The position numbers and the translations under genes were made by a program. The notes beneath the pieces were generated by a model. That model searched no databases and had not been told where the DNA came from. It saw only the letters and a list, made by a program, of their open reading frames with translations. Shown here one piece after another: positions 12,501 to 21,198 of a DNA stretch of 64,000 nucleotides (the first letter of the stretch is position 1; each line of letters starts with the position of its first letter). The DNA lies in contig CAVTQK010000009.1 of assembly GCA_963736855.1 (NCBI GenBank), forward strand, positions 542,285 to 606,284, given 5' to 3'. The DNA comes from an uncultured delta proteobacterium (lineage in GTDB: Bacteria > Desulfobacterota > Desulfobacteria > Desulfobacterales > UBA2156).

Positions 12501-12625
12501 AAACCTTTTTTAACAAATTAGGTGAGCAAAGATCGATTTTCTCTTGACGATTTGAAAAAAAAATGATTCATTAACAAATTTTAATCCGTTCAACGGACCT
12601 GATACATACGGTAAGGACATAAGCC

Positions 12626-12760
12626 ATGAAAAGGACGTACCAACCCAGCAAGATCCGCAGGGCGAGAACTCACGGGTTTCGAAAACGAATGGCCACACGG
12701 GCCGGTCGGCTGGTTATTAATCGGCGCAGGGCAAAGGGAAGAAAGCGCCTGGCAGTGTAG
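12626..12760 (+). CDS. rpmH: 50S ribosomal protein L34
   Basis: Hand translation gives [44 protein letters not shown]. It is below the ORF-track size cut-off. Confidence 0.95.
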   Translation: MKRTYQPSKIRRARTHGFRKRMATRAGRLVINRRRAKGRKRLAV

Positions 12761-12791
12761 CGCCCCTTAAGATCCATCAAAGAAGGCGGCA

Positions 12792-13154
12792 TTGTTGAGG
12801 CGAAATACTTTTGTCCGGGCCGAGATCTTAAAACACCGGGATTTTCTTAGACTCCAGAAAGAGGGAAAAGCCGCAAGAAATCCATATGTTACGGCGATTT
12901 TTGCACCCGGAATCCAGGATGTGACACGCTTGGGGATCACCGCCGGCAAGCACGTGGGAAAAGCCTGGCAGCGCAACCGGATCAAACGCCTGATACGGGA
13001 GTTTTTCCGGTTGAATCGGCACCTTCTGGGGAGAAATTGGGATATCAACATTATCGTTAAAAAAGAAGCAACCGGTCTGGCTTCCAGCAGGTTGTTTTCC
13101 GAATGCAAAACAGTTTTTCTTAAAGTTTCGGAGCACGCATCAAACGGCTTGTAA
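12792..13154 (+). CDS. rnpA: ribonuclease P protein component
   Basis: Follows rpmH. Basic protein with ...[30 protein letters not shown] start preceded by GAAGG. Confidence 0.88.
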   Translation: MLRRNTFVRAEILKHRDFLRLQKEGKAARNPYVTAIFAPGIQDVTRLGITAGKHVGKAWQRNRIKRLIREFFRLNRHLLGRNWDINIIVKKEATGLASSRLFSECKTVFLKVSEHASNGL

Positions 13155-13381
13155 AACAAATCCCCCTATGGATTATTAAGGGGTATCAGTGGGTTCTATC
13201 GCCCGTGCTGGGTCCTGCCTGCCGGTTTTACCCTTCCTGCTCGGAATATGCCTACGGAGCGATCAAACGGCACGGTTTTTTTGCCGGATCGATCCTGGCA
13301 GTCAAGAGGGTGTTGCGGTGCCATCCCTGGCACCCGGGTGGCGTTGACCCCGTCCCCGACATACTGGAGACAAAAAGCTAG
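13139..13381 (+). CDS. yidD: membrane protein insertion efficiency factor YidD (start codon unresolved)
   Basis: Frame 2 reads ...[66 protein letters not shown]. No ATG, GTG or TTG occurs in frame between the stop at 13121-13123 and the conserved YQ..SP motif. Confidence 0.75.
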   Translation: MKRLVKQIPLWIIKGYQWVLSPVLGPACRFYPSCSEYAYGAIKRHGFFAGSILAVKRVLRCHPWHPGGVDPVPDILETKS

Positions 13382-13442
13382 GGAGGCGTAACACTCCATC
13401 AAGGTGATCTCTCACCGACGAACCGATAATGAGGTGAACTAA

Positions 13443-15107
13443 ATGGAACAAGGCCGGGTCTTTTTAGCTATTGCCATATCTTTTTTGATTTTTCTGGTAT
13501 GGAATTTTTTCTTTGTCGAAAATAAATCGCCCCAGCCGAAACCGGAACAGGCAGCAACAAAGATAGCGCCCAAGGAAGCCGCCCCCCAAAAGTCCATCGA
13601 ACCTGCTCCGGCCAAACCGCTTTCAAAAAAAGACGTCCAAGCCGCGCCGACGGTGTCGGAACGAACGACGCGCACGCTCCATATTGAAACCCCGCTTTAC
13701 GCCTTGAGCCTGTCGGAAGAGAAGGCGGTTGTGAAACAGTTCACGCTGAAGCACTATAGTGAAAGCATCGAAAAAGACTCTCCCCGAAAAATACTCATCT
13801 CCGAAGAGAATCCCTTCGGAACAGTACACATCGGCTTTGATCAAAAGACGGTAGCAGGCTTCGATTCCGCTGTTTTTTCGGCGGATGCACCGATCGATCC
13901 GATCTCTGTCACCAATGCCGAAAAGACGATCACCTTTTCATGGCAATCCCCTGAGGGTATGGTTGTGGAAAAGCGGTACACATTTTCGCCCACAAACTAC
14001 CGGATCGGCCTGACAGTGATTCTAAAAAACGAAAGCGAAGGTGTCTGGAAAGACAATGTAACCCTTTCCCTTTACCGAAAGCTGGAAGAACAAAAAGGAA
14101 GAGCAGTCGGTTTTGAAGGCCCCAGCGCCATGATCAATAAGAGCGTGGAAGAGGTGGAAATCAAAAAAATCAAAGACAAACCGCTTTCTCCGGGAAGCGT
14201 GAAATGGTGGGGTATCGAGGATCGGTATTTCATGTCTGCGGCGGTTCCGCCGGACAACAACGACGGGCAGGTAAAATTTTTTACCAGGGAAAACAGGGTG
14301 ATAGAAGCTCAATACCTGCAGCCGACTGTGACAATCGAACCTCACGGGGAGCAACGGTTCGACTACTACCTTTTTCTGGGACCCAAAAGCATGAAAGTCC
14401 TCAAGGATGCCGGACACGACCTGGACGAAGCCGTCAATTTTGGATTGTTTGATTTCATCGCCAAACCCTGTGTCTGGCTGATGAACCAGATCTACCAAGT
14501 CATACCCAATTACGGTTTTGCCATCATCATCCTGACGCTTATGTCCAAGATCATTCTCTGGCCCCTGGGAAACAAGAGTTACAAATCCATGAGTGATATG
14601 AAAAAACTGCAGCCCCTCATGGCAGAAATTCGGGAAAAGTATAAAAACGATAAAAAGAAGCAACAACAAGAGATCATGAGCTTGTACCGGACTTATAAAA
14701 TCAATCCGTTGGGTGGATGCCTTCCGATGGTTGCACAAATCCCGGTTTTTTTCGCTTTATACCGAATGTTATATGAGGCCATCGAGCTTCGACACGCGCC
14801 GTTTTTCGGGTGGATTACCGATCTCAGTGCACCGGACCGGTTGTTTCGCTTTGGATTTAACGTGCCATTCATGCAACCCCCCTACGGCATCCCGGTGTTG
14901 ACCCTTGTTATGGGGGCCACCATGTTGATTCAGCAGAAGATGTCACCGCCCCCGGGAGATCCGGGGCAGGCGAAAATGATGATGCTCATGCCTGTCGTGT
15001 TTACCGTTATTTTTATCAATTTTTCCTCCGGGCTCGTTTTATACTGGCTGGTCAACAACCTGCTTTCCATCGGACAGCAGTATTATGTGACTAAAAAAAG
15101 GGCCTGA
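13443..15107 (+). CDS. yidC: membrane protein insertase YidC
   Basis: 554 aa with an N-terminal TM segment and large periplasmic domain; conserved C-terminal core ...MSLYRTYKINPLGGCLPMVAQIPVFFALY. Confidence 0.95.
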   Translation: MEQGRVFLAIAISFLIFLVWNFFFVENKSPQPKPEQAATKIAPKEAAPQKSIEPAPAKPLSKKDVQAAPTVSERTTRTLHIETPLYALSLSEEKAVVKQFTLKHYSESIEKDSPRKILISEENPFGTVHIGFDQKTVAGFDSAVFSADAPIDPISVTNAEKTITFSWQSPEGMVVEKRYTFSPTNYRIGLTVILKNESEGVWKDNVTLSLYRKLEEQKGRAVGFEGPSAMINKSVEEVEIKKIKDKPLSPGSVKWWGIEDRYFMSAAVPPDNNDGQVKFFTRENRVIEAQYLQPTVTIEPHGEQRFDYYLFLGPKSMKVLKDAGHDLDEAVNFGLFDFIAKPCVWLMNQIYQVIPNYGFAIIILTLMSKIILWPLGNKSYKSMSDMKKLQPLMAEIREKYKNDKKKQQQEIMSLYRTYKINPLGGCLPMVAQIPVFFALYRMLYEAIELRHAPFFGWITDLSAPDRLFRFGFNVPFMQPPYGIPVLTLVMGATMLIQQKMSPPPGDPGQAKMMMLMPVVFTVIFINFSSGLVLYWLVNNLLSIGQQYYVTKKRA

Positions 15108-15120
15108 CGACGGAGGCTGT

Positions 15121-15891
15121 ATGTCTCAAGTTCTTGAATTCGAGGGGAAAAATATCGATCAGGCCGTTGAAAAGGCCTGCGATTCGGTCAAAATCCCAAA
15201 AGGAAAGCTTAAATATGATGTCCTTTCTTACGGCTCTTCGGGAATTTTCGGTTTGGTGGGATCGAAAAAGGCGCGCATCCGTGTGATCCTCCAACAGCCT
15301 TTGGAAACCGTAGCGGCGAAGAAGGATCAAAAGACGCTGGAACCCAGGGAGCGTTTGGAAATGGAAACACCCCCGCCGGAAAACACAGATCCCGGATCGG
15401 GTCATCAGGAAGACCTTGCTCTTAACGAACTTGCTGCTTGGGGTGAAGAGGCCCTGAAACGCATAGTGAACAGTATCACCCCGGATACTCAGATTGACGT
15501 CGCATCGGATTCGGAAGAAATCCTTTACAATGTTCGGGGTGGGAACAGTGCCCTTTTGATTGGAAAGCGTGGGCAAACCCTTGAAGCCATCCAGCATTTG
15601 GTGGAAAAAATTATCCATCGAAAAACCGAGAAACAGGCTCGTGTCCGCGTGGATGTCGAAGGCTATCAGCAAAACCGGCGAATCAACCTCGAGCGACTGG
15701 CTGAAAAGGTAGCCGAGAAGGTCAAAAAAACGGGAAAACCGGTAGCGTTGGGAGACATGAACGCATCGGATAGAAGAATCATCCATCTGACCTTGAAAAA
15801 TGACCAGGAGATTCGTACACAAAGCAAGGGCGGCGGTGCCCTGAAGAAACTGTTCATCATCCCCAGAAAAAAACAGTCTCCGAAAACCTAA
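15121..15891 (+). CDS. jag: Jag/SpoIIIJ-associated RNA-binding protein (Jag_N, KH, R3H)
   Basis: N-terminus EFEGKNIDQAVEKAC; C-terminal R3H context DRRIIHLTLKND; positioned between yidC and mnmE. Confidence 0.88.
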   Translation: MSQVLEFEGKNIDQAVEKACDSVKIPKGKLKYDVLSYGSSGIFGLVGSKKARIRVILQQPLETVAAKKDQKTLEPRERLEMETPPPENTDPGSGHQEDLALNELAAWGEEALKRIVNSITPDTQIDVASDSEEILYNVRGGNSALLIGKRGQTLEAIQHLVEKIIHRKTEKQARVRVDVEGYQQNRRINLERLAEKVAEKVKKTGKPVALGDMNASDRRIIHLTLKNDQEIRTQSKGGGALKKLFIIPRKKQSPKT

Positions 15892-15904
15892 TCAGGACGC
15901 GGAC

Positions 15905-17284
15905 ATGGGCTATGACACCATTGCCGCCATTGCAACGCCGATTGGTAGCGGCGGAATCGGGATCATCCGGATATCGGGGAAAGAGGCCTTGGGCATCACC
16001 CAAGCCATATTTCGGTCCTCCTGCCGGAAAAGACTTGATGCTTATCCGTCTCACCGCTTTTTCCATGGATGGATCCGGGACCCAAAATCGGGTATTGTCC
16101 TGGATGAAGTGCTGATGGTATATATGCAGGCACCGCGCTCCTACACCCGGGAGGACGTGGCGGAGATCCACACCCACAGCGGCCCGGCTGCGCTTCGATC
16201 CACCCTAGATCTCGTGCTGAGTCACGGTGCACGGCTGGCGGATCCTGGGGAATTCACCAAGCGGGCCTTTCTGAACGGGCGCATCGACCTCAGTCAAGCG
16301 GAAGCCGTCATCGACATCGTCAACGCAAAGACCCTGGCTTCCCTTGAGATTGCCGCGGCTCAGATCCATGGCGGGCTCCGTAAACAGATAGAAACCTGCC
16401 GATTCGCTCTTTGGGAACTTCAAACCGAACTTTCCGCCGCCATCGATTTCCCGGAAGAGATGGAGACGCTGTTCAAAGCGGAAACGGCGGCGGACAGACT
16501 TAAAGGGCAGATTCTTTCACCATTACAAGAGCTTATTAAACAGTATGACCAGGGCCGGATTCTTCGTGAGGGAATCCGGGTGGTGGTGGCCGGGTTTCCA
16601 AACGTGGGTAAATCGAGCTTGATGAACTGCCTCCTTCATCGCGAGCGGGCTATTGTATCCCCATACCCGGGGACGACCCGGGATTTTCTTGAAGAGCCCC
16701 TGGATCTATACGGTCTTCAGGCGATGATCGTGGATACTGCCGGCCTCCAGGAAACCGATGATCCGGTGGGACGGATCGGTATCGAAAAGACTCATGAAAA
16801 AATCCGAGAAGCCGACCTCTTGCTTTTCATGGTGGATGTTACACAGCCGGTTTTCATTCAAAAGGAAACGATACCGGTCTTTGAAAAGCCGACAATCTTG
16901 GTTGTCAACAAGGTGGACCAGGTGAATTCAGACCGATTCCCCGAAATCCCGAAAGAATGGAAATGTTTTCCTGTCGTTCGAATCTCTGCTTTGACCCAGT
17001 ACGGGGTGGATGCTCTGAAGGAGAAGATATTCGAAAGAATTACCCAGGGAAAGGGATTACGGCAGGAAAATCCCATCGTCCCTAACATGAGGCAAAAATC
17101 ATTGCTGGACCGGGCGCTAAAAGCGACAGAAGCAGCTTTGGAAGGGATTTCTTCCGAGCGTTCACCGGAGCTTGTCAGCATGGACGTAGATGAGGCCCTG
17201 GATGCTCTGAACGAGATCCTGGGGGAAACGATTCGGCCGGATATCCTGGATGCCATTTTCAGCCGATTTTGCATCGGAAAATGA
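15905..17284 (+). CDS. mnmE: tRNA modification GTPase MnmE
   Basis: DTIAAIATP N-terminus, G1 motif GFPNVGKSSLMN, C-terminal CIGK. Confidence 0.95.
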   Translation: MGYDTIAAIATPIGSGGIGIIRISGKEALGITQAIFRSSCRKRLDAYPSHRFFHGWIRDPKSGIVLDEVLMVYMQAPRSYTREDVAEIHTHSGPAALRSTLDLVLSHGARLADPGEFTKRAFLNGRIDLSQAEAVIDIVNAKTLASLEIAAAQIHGGLRKQIETCRFALWELQTELSAAIDFPEEMETLFKAETAADRLKGQILSPLQELIKQYDQGRILREGIRVVVAGFPNVGKSSLMNCLLHRERAIVSPYPGTTRDFLEEPLDLYGLQAMIVDTAGLQETDDPVGRIGIEKTHEKIREADLLLFMVDVTQPVFIQKETIPVFEKPTILVVNKVDQVNSDRFPEIPKEWKCFPVVRISALTQYGVDALKEKIFERITQGKGLRQENPIVPNMRQKSLLDRALKATEAALEGISSERSPELVSMDVDEALDALNEILGETIRPDILDAIFSRFCIGK

Positions 17285-17386
17285 CAAAGATGCGTCATGA
17301 GCTGAAGCCAACCCGGGTGCTCACGGCGACCTTTAAGAAAAGTGCGGTGTGGAATTGCAGTAAAAGTTTGCGAAACCGTCAATGAT

Positions 17387-17539
17387 GACGAAATCGTAAA
17401 AACTCAAAATTAGGATGGCAAAGTAAAAAGCTTCAGATGCAAGGCGCGCAAATCCTGAGGAATGAGGCGTACATATGGGTACGCCGCAATGACGAAGGAT
17501 GCAGTGCAACGCAGCAGATGGACTTTTTACGAAGTCATC
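17387..17539 (+). mobile_element. MITE-like element, subtype A copy 1 (153 bp), 6-bp direct repeat AATGAT
   Basis: GACGAAATCGTAAAAA ... TTTTTACGAAGTCATC. AATGAT at 17381-17386 and 17540-17545. Near-identical to 19626-19778. Confidence 0.85.
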
Positions 17540-17632
17540 AATGATGTTTCACGTGAAACAATCGTGAAGGATGCTTAGGCATTGCGGCGTCTCCTTCAAG
17601 CTTGAGGAGCCGCCGGATGGGAGACAGATCGA

Positions 17633-18305
17633 ATGAATTTTGATTTTTCACCTTTTTTTAAGAAGTATGAGGCCTTGCTGGTCGTTGTGGATGCCACTTT
17701 CGATCGTATCAAAAAGGAATATCCGAACGCGGTGACCTGCACTCTTAAATGTGCCGATTGTTGCCACGCGGTTTTCGACGTGCCTCTGGTAGAAGCGCTG
17801 TATCTGAACAAACAGTTCAACCTGCGGTTTCAGGGAAAAGAACGGGAGCAGATCCTGGAAAAAGCGAACCGGGCGGATCGCAAGGCATTTCAGATCAAAA
17901 AAAAGGCCGTCATGGACCGAGAGGCAGGCAAAACGGAAACGGAAATTCTGGTAGAGATGGCTGCCGAAAGGCATCCGTTGTCCCCTTTTGAACAAGGAGG
18001 ACACTTGTGACCTGTATGATTTTCGGCCCACGACCTGTCGCCTGTACGGGCTTCCCACGGCCATTGGCGGAGTGAGTCATACATGCGGCCGCTCCGGCTT
18101 CTATGAGGGGAAGATCTATCCCACAATAAATATGGATGTGATTCACCGAAAGCTGTTCGAACTGTCGGAAGAAATCGCCCGGGCGATCCGAACCCGATAC
18201 CCTAAACTCCACGAGATGTTGGTTCCCCTTTCCATGGCCCTGTTGACCGATTATAATGAGGAATATCTCGGGGTTCCTGCTATAGCGCCTGAGGAGAAAG
18301 CATAA
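17633..18305 (+). CDS. YkgJ-family (UPF0153, CxxCxxCC) Fe/Zn cysteine-cluster protein; one frameshift near 17965-17972
   Basis: ORF 17633-18010 (CTLKCADCCHAVFDVP) and ORF 17988-18305 join as ...IRCPLLNKEDTCDLYDFRPTTCRLYG when the frame changes in the gaaagg run. Confidence 0.75.
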
Positions 18306-18316
18306 GGAAAAGAAGG

Positions 18317-18661
18317 ATGACCCAAGAATCAGAGGATGAGGAAAGAAGAAAACGGGCCATTTTTGAAGGTATGTCGGAAAAACGCCGTCGACATATCCTT
18401 AAAAAGGGGTATGAGAAGTGGGATCCTTTTTTAGAGCCCAAGGATCCCATCGAGATTCGAAAAGACCGAACCCAAAGGACCACCATCACGCTCGTCAGGG
18501 AATTTTTGCAGACGAAATCCTCTGAGGAATACTCCAATGCATATGGACAGGGTGTCCTGGAAATAGCCCTTGGAATTGTCAACGGAGATGAACGGTTTAA
18601 GGGCATGTTCGAATTTTCCTGCTGGTATCGGGACCTTCTGGAAAAAGAGGGTCTTTACTAG
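18317..18661 (+). CDS. hypothetical protein (114 aa, charged N-terminus)
   Basis: Clean ORF in the same orientation, tightly spaced with its neighbours. No family recognised. Confidence 0.5.
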   Translation: MTQESEDEERRKRAIFEGMSEKRRRHILKKGYEKWDPFLEPKDPIEIRKDRTQRTTITLVREFLQTKSSEEYSNAYGQGVLEIALGIVNGDERFKGMFEFSCWYRDLLEKEGLY

Positions 18662-18665
18662 CGAC

Positions 18666-19517
18666 GTGAAAAGGACGAACGACGATCCGACAGAGGTGCA
18701 CGGGCTTGCGAAGCAGCGGATATGGGATCTTATCTCGCATTCCCCAAAACGATTGACACAGGCCTACCTGGAAAGAAGGCTGAAATCTCGTGACCGTATA
18801 GAGAGCAGGGTCGTCCGAAGCGCCGTGCGGGAACTCGTCGCCCAAGGCAGGATTCAATATAGCTATCGACTGGGGTGTTCTTTCCTGGAGCAATCCATCC
18901 AAGGGGTCTTGCGCGTTTCCGAGCATCTCGTTTTAAAACCTCCTCAAATCTCTTATTTCCCCGGACCCTATGAGGTCGTGGTTGCTCTTGCGCCGGGAAG
19001 CGCCTTTGGTTTGGGGGACCATGCCTCGACCCGATTGGCTCTCAAGGGTATTGAAATGGCAATACGGTTCAATCCTGGACTGCAATGGCGTCAAGGGGCG
19101 CACATGTTGGACATCGGAACCGGCAGCGGAGTCTTAATGATTGCCGCCGTGCTGCTGGGTCTGGAAGGCGCCATCGGTACCGACACGGATTCCTCTTCCA
19201 GATACGAGGCGAGGGAGAACGCCAGAATTAACAGCGTGGAGGACAGGGTCGAAGTGACGGACAAACCGGTAGCGGCCCAAACCGGACCCTTCGCACTAGT
19301 GGCGGCCAACCTCCGCTTCCCGACGCTTAGGTCACTGGCCGCTCGAATGCAATCCCTGACGGATCTTGGCGGAGCGGTGGTCATCTCCGGGATCCGGGAA
19401 TGGGAGTTGGAAGATCTCGTGAACATCTATCATTGCGCCTCCTTTTCTACGATTTGGAGGGGATGCGATCAGGGATGGTGGGGAGCGCTGTTTGCCAATA
19501 GAACGGGAGCAAAATGA
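18666..19517 (+). CDS. ribosomal protein L11 methyltransferase (PrmA)-like SAM-dependent methyltransferase
   Basis: GSAFGLGDHASTRLAL and LDIGTGSGVLMIAA motifs. GTG 18666 chosen so the gene does not overlap the upstream ORF (the ORF track starts at 18570). Confidence 0.75.
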   Translation: MKRTNDDPTEVHGLAKQRIWDLISHSPKRLTQAYLERRLKSRDRIESRVVRSAVRELVAQGRIQYSYRLGCSFLEQSIQGVLRVSEHLVLKPPQISYFPGPYEVVVALAPGSAFGLGDHASTRLALKGIEMAIRFNPGLQWRQGAHMLDIGTGSGVLMIAAVLLGLEGAIGTDTDSSSRYEARENARINSVEDRVEVTDKPVAAQTGPFALVAANLRFPTLRSLAARMQSLTDLGGAVVISGIREWELEDLVNIYHCASFSTIWRGCDQGWWGALFANRTGAK

Positions 19518-19625
19518 GGGGATTCGGGTATCTGAGGGCGCGTTTTCATAAGTCGCTTTATGATCGGAAGTTGCTGTTGGGGGAAGCCTTGCTCAAGGCC
19601 CGTATCATCACGCTCAGCCAATTGA

Positions 19626-19778
19626 GACGAAATCGTAAAAACTCAAAATTAGGATGGCAAAGTAAAAAGCTTCAGATGCAAGGCGCGCAAATCCTGAGGA
19701 ATGAGACGTACATGTGGGTACGCCGCAATGACGAAGTATGCAGTGCAACACAGCAGATGGACTTTTTACGAAGCCATC
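19626..19778 (+). mobile_element. MITE-like element, subtype A copy 2 (153 bp)
   Basis: Flanked by AATTGA (19620-19625) and AATTGT (19779-19784). Near-identical to 17387-17539. Confidence 0.85.
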
Positions 19779-19784
19779 AATTGT

Positions 19785-19974
19785 GATGAAATCGTAAAAA
19801 GGCTGATTTTTCTCGCGCCGCAAGTCTTTTCGGAAGATCCAAAGGGTTTCGCTAAATCTCAAGAACTCGGCACAAGTGCCTCAAACAGCTTGAGATATTT
19901 AACGCTCAACCCCTTGCCTCTCTTTTTCCGAAAAGACTTAAATGGCGCTCACAAAACCTTGTTACGAAGCCATC
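19785..19974 (+). mobile_element. MITE-like element, subtype B copy 2 (190 bp)
   Basis: GATGAAATCGTAAAAAGG ... GTTACGAAGCCATC, flanked by AATTGT (19779-19784 and 19975-19980). Reverse complement of 5146-5336. Confidence 0.85.
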
Positions 19975-20208
19975 AATTGTAAAAGGCGCTCGAAATGCAG
20001 GGCTTACCGGAAAAAAGCTCGGTGAAGTCCTCGTCCAGGAAGGGAACGCTACCGAAAAGGATATCATGAGGACCATCGAAACACACTTCGGGATCCGTAT
20101 GACTTCCCTTTCATGGAACATTTATGATCCAAGCCTTGTTTCAGAACAGGAGGCGCATCATGACATTTCAAGCGGAGATAACGAGCCTTTTGAGGGGGAA
20201 GAAAGCCG

Positions 20209-20301
20209 TGGCGGAGAGACCGGGATTCGAACCCGGGATACCCCTTTCGGAATATACTCGCTTAGCAGGCGAGCGCCTTCGACCAACTCGGCCATCTCTC
20301 C
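20209..20301 (-). tRNA. tRNA-Ser (anticodon GCU), CCA encoded
   Basis: Reverse complement is GGAGAGATGGCCGAGTTGGTCGAAGGCGCTCGCCTGCTAAGCGAG...long variable arm...CCGGGTTCGAATCCCGGTCTCTCCGCCA. Anticodon loop CUGCUAA. Confidence 0.93.
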
Positions 20302-20358
20302 GGAAAACCCGTACTTCGTGAGACGGAGGGCGGAATATAAGAATAAAAGTAGGTGCCC

Positions 20359-20444
20359 TGGCGGAGGGAGTAGGATTCGAACCCACGGAGCTTTCGCTCA
20401 ACGGTTTTCAAGACCGTCGCCTTAAACCACTCGGCCATCCCTCC
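20359..20444 (-). tRNA. tRNA-Ser (anticodon UGA), CCA encoded
   Basis: Reverse complement is GGAGGGATGGCCGAGTGGTTTAAGGCGACGGTCTTGAAAACCGT...GTGGGTTCGAATCCTACTCCCTCCGCCA. Anticodon loop CUUGAAA. Confidence 0.93.
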
Positions 20445-20549
20445 TGAAACCATCAGAAACAAATTCCTATCATAGAAACCGTTTCGGGTCAACAGGTTTT
20501 TCGAGTCGATGAATCGGAACAGGGATAACCCGAAAAGGTCTCATGCATG

Positions 20550-20578
20550 TTGACAATGCCCTAAACTCATGATTTAAA
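20550..20578 (+). promoter_or_regulatory. sigma70-like promoter candidate (TTGACA-17 nt-TTTAAA)
   Basis: TTGACA at 20550-20555 and TTTAAA at 20573-20578, upstream of the ORF at 20616. Confidence 0.3.
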
Positions 20579-20615
20579 GGTAAGAAAAAATGGGGCAGGA
20601 CCCAGGAGATTCCTC

Positions 20616-21092
20616 ATGAAGCAGAAATATCAGATTGTAAAGAAAGCTGATAAAAATAAGATGATTATCCAGGAGTATGCCGAACTGGATAAAGAAGCGA
20701 ATTCGCTTTTATGCGAAGAAACCTATGATATGAAACGGGTGGCAGCCGCAGGGAAGACCGGACGCCAGGCCTTAATGGATATCTTGAGGACCCGAAATTT
20801 CTATCCTAACGGTATCTATACGGAAAAAATTGCCGAGACGGTTATGCAACTACTGTCCTCGACCGATAAGGAAATGGCTGAAATCACCTTCGATGACATG
20901 GAATTGATCTCGCAGGATCGGAGGAAAGAATGGGGCTTGGTGGAGGAGGGTGTTGAGGAGGAAACCCCGGAACTTGATGAACTCCTAGAAGAAGAAATCG
21001 AAGAAGATTACGATAAAGAGGTGCTTAACGGCTACCAGCCTTCGGTTCAAGTGGCCGATGAGGATTCGCTGGAAACCGATGAAGAATCATAA
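20616..21092 (+). CDS. hypothetical protein with strongly acidic C-terminal half
   Basis: 158-aa ORF with an AGGAG-like site upstream (caggagattcctcATG). No family recognised. Confidence 0.5.
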   Translation: MKQKYQIVKKADKNKMIIQEYAELDKEANSLLCEETYDMKRVAAAGKTGRQALMDILRTRNFYPNGIYTEKIAETVMQLLSSTDKEMAEITFDDMELISQDRRKEWGLVEEGVEEETPELDELLEEEIEEDYDKEVLNGYQPSVQVADEDSLETDEES

Positions 21093-21198
21093 GTCGTCCT
21101 TGACATTAAAAAGGGCTTTAATACAAAGCTTCGTGATTAGTTCCACATCCTTTGAAATAAGCTATATTTTATTGCTCTGGAATAAGGGAAAGCGAATT

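Larger units (their letters stand above)
19514..20205 (+). pseudogene. MshEN (T2SSE_N)-type domain gene remnant, interrupted by two MITEs plus a 1-nt frameshift
   Basis: MRGFGYLRARFHKSLYDRKLLLGEALLKARIITLSQL | insertion 19626-19974 | (K)KALEMQ(G)LTGKKLGEVLVQEGNATEKDIMRTIETHFGI. There is no stop before the opposite-strand tRNA genes. Confidence 0.6.

Noticed and set aside
19701-19982. ORFs lying inside the MITE copies (5071-5262, 5103-5372, 19614-19862, 19701-19982, 63059-63358, and the tail of 19514-19786)
   Set aside because: Their sequence is the repeat itself, present in both orientations at unrelated loci. They have no RBS or start context. They are read-through of a non-coding repeat.
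20066-20492. ORFs 20066-20425, 20124-20321, 20168-20401 and 20262-20492
   Set aside because: They overlap the two tRNA-Ser genes, and the translations simply read through tRNA sequence.
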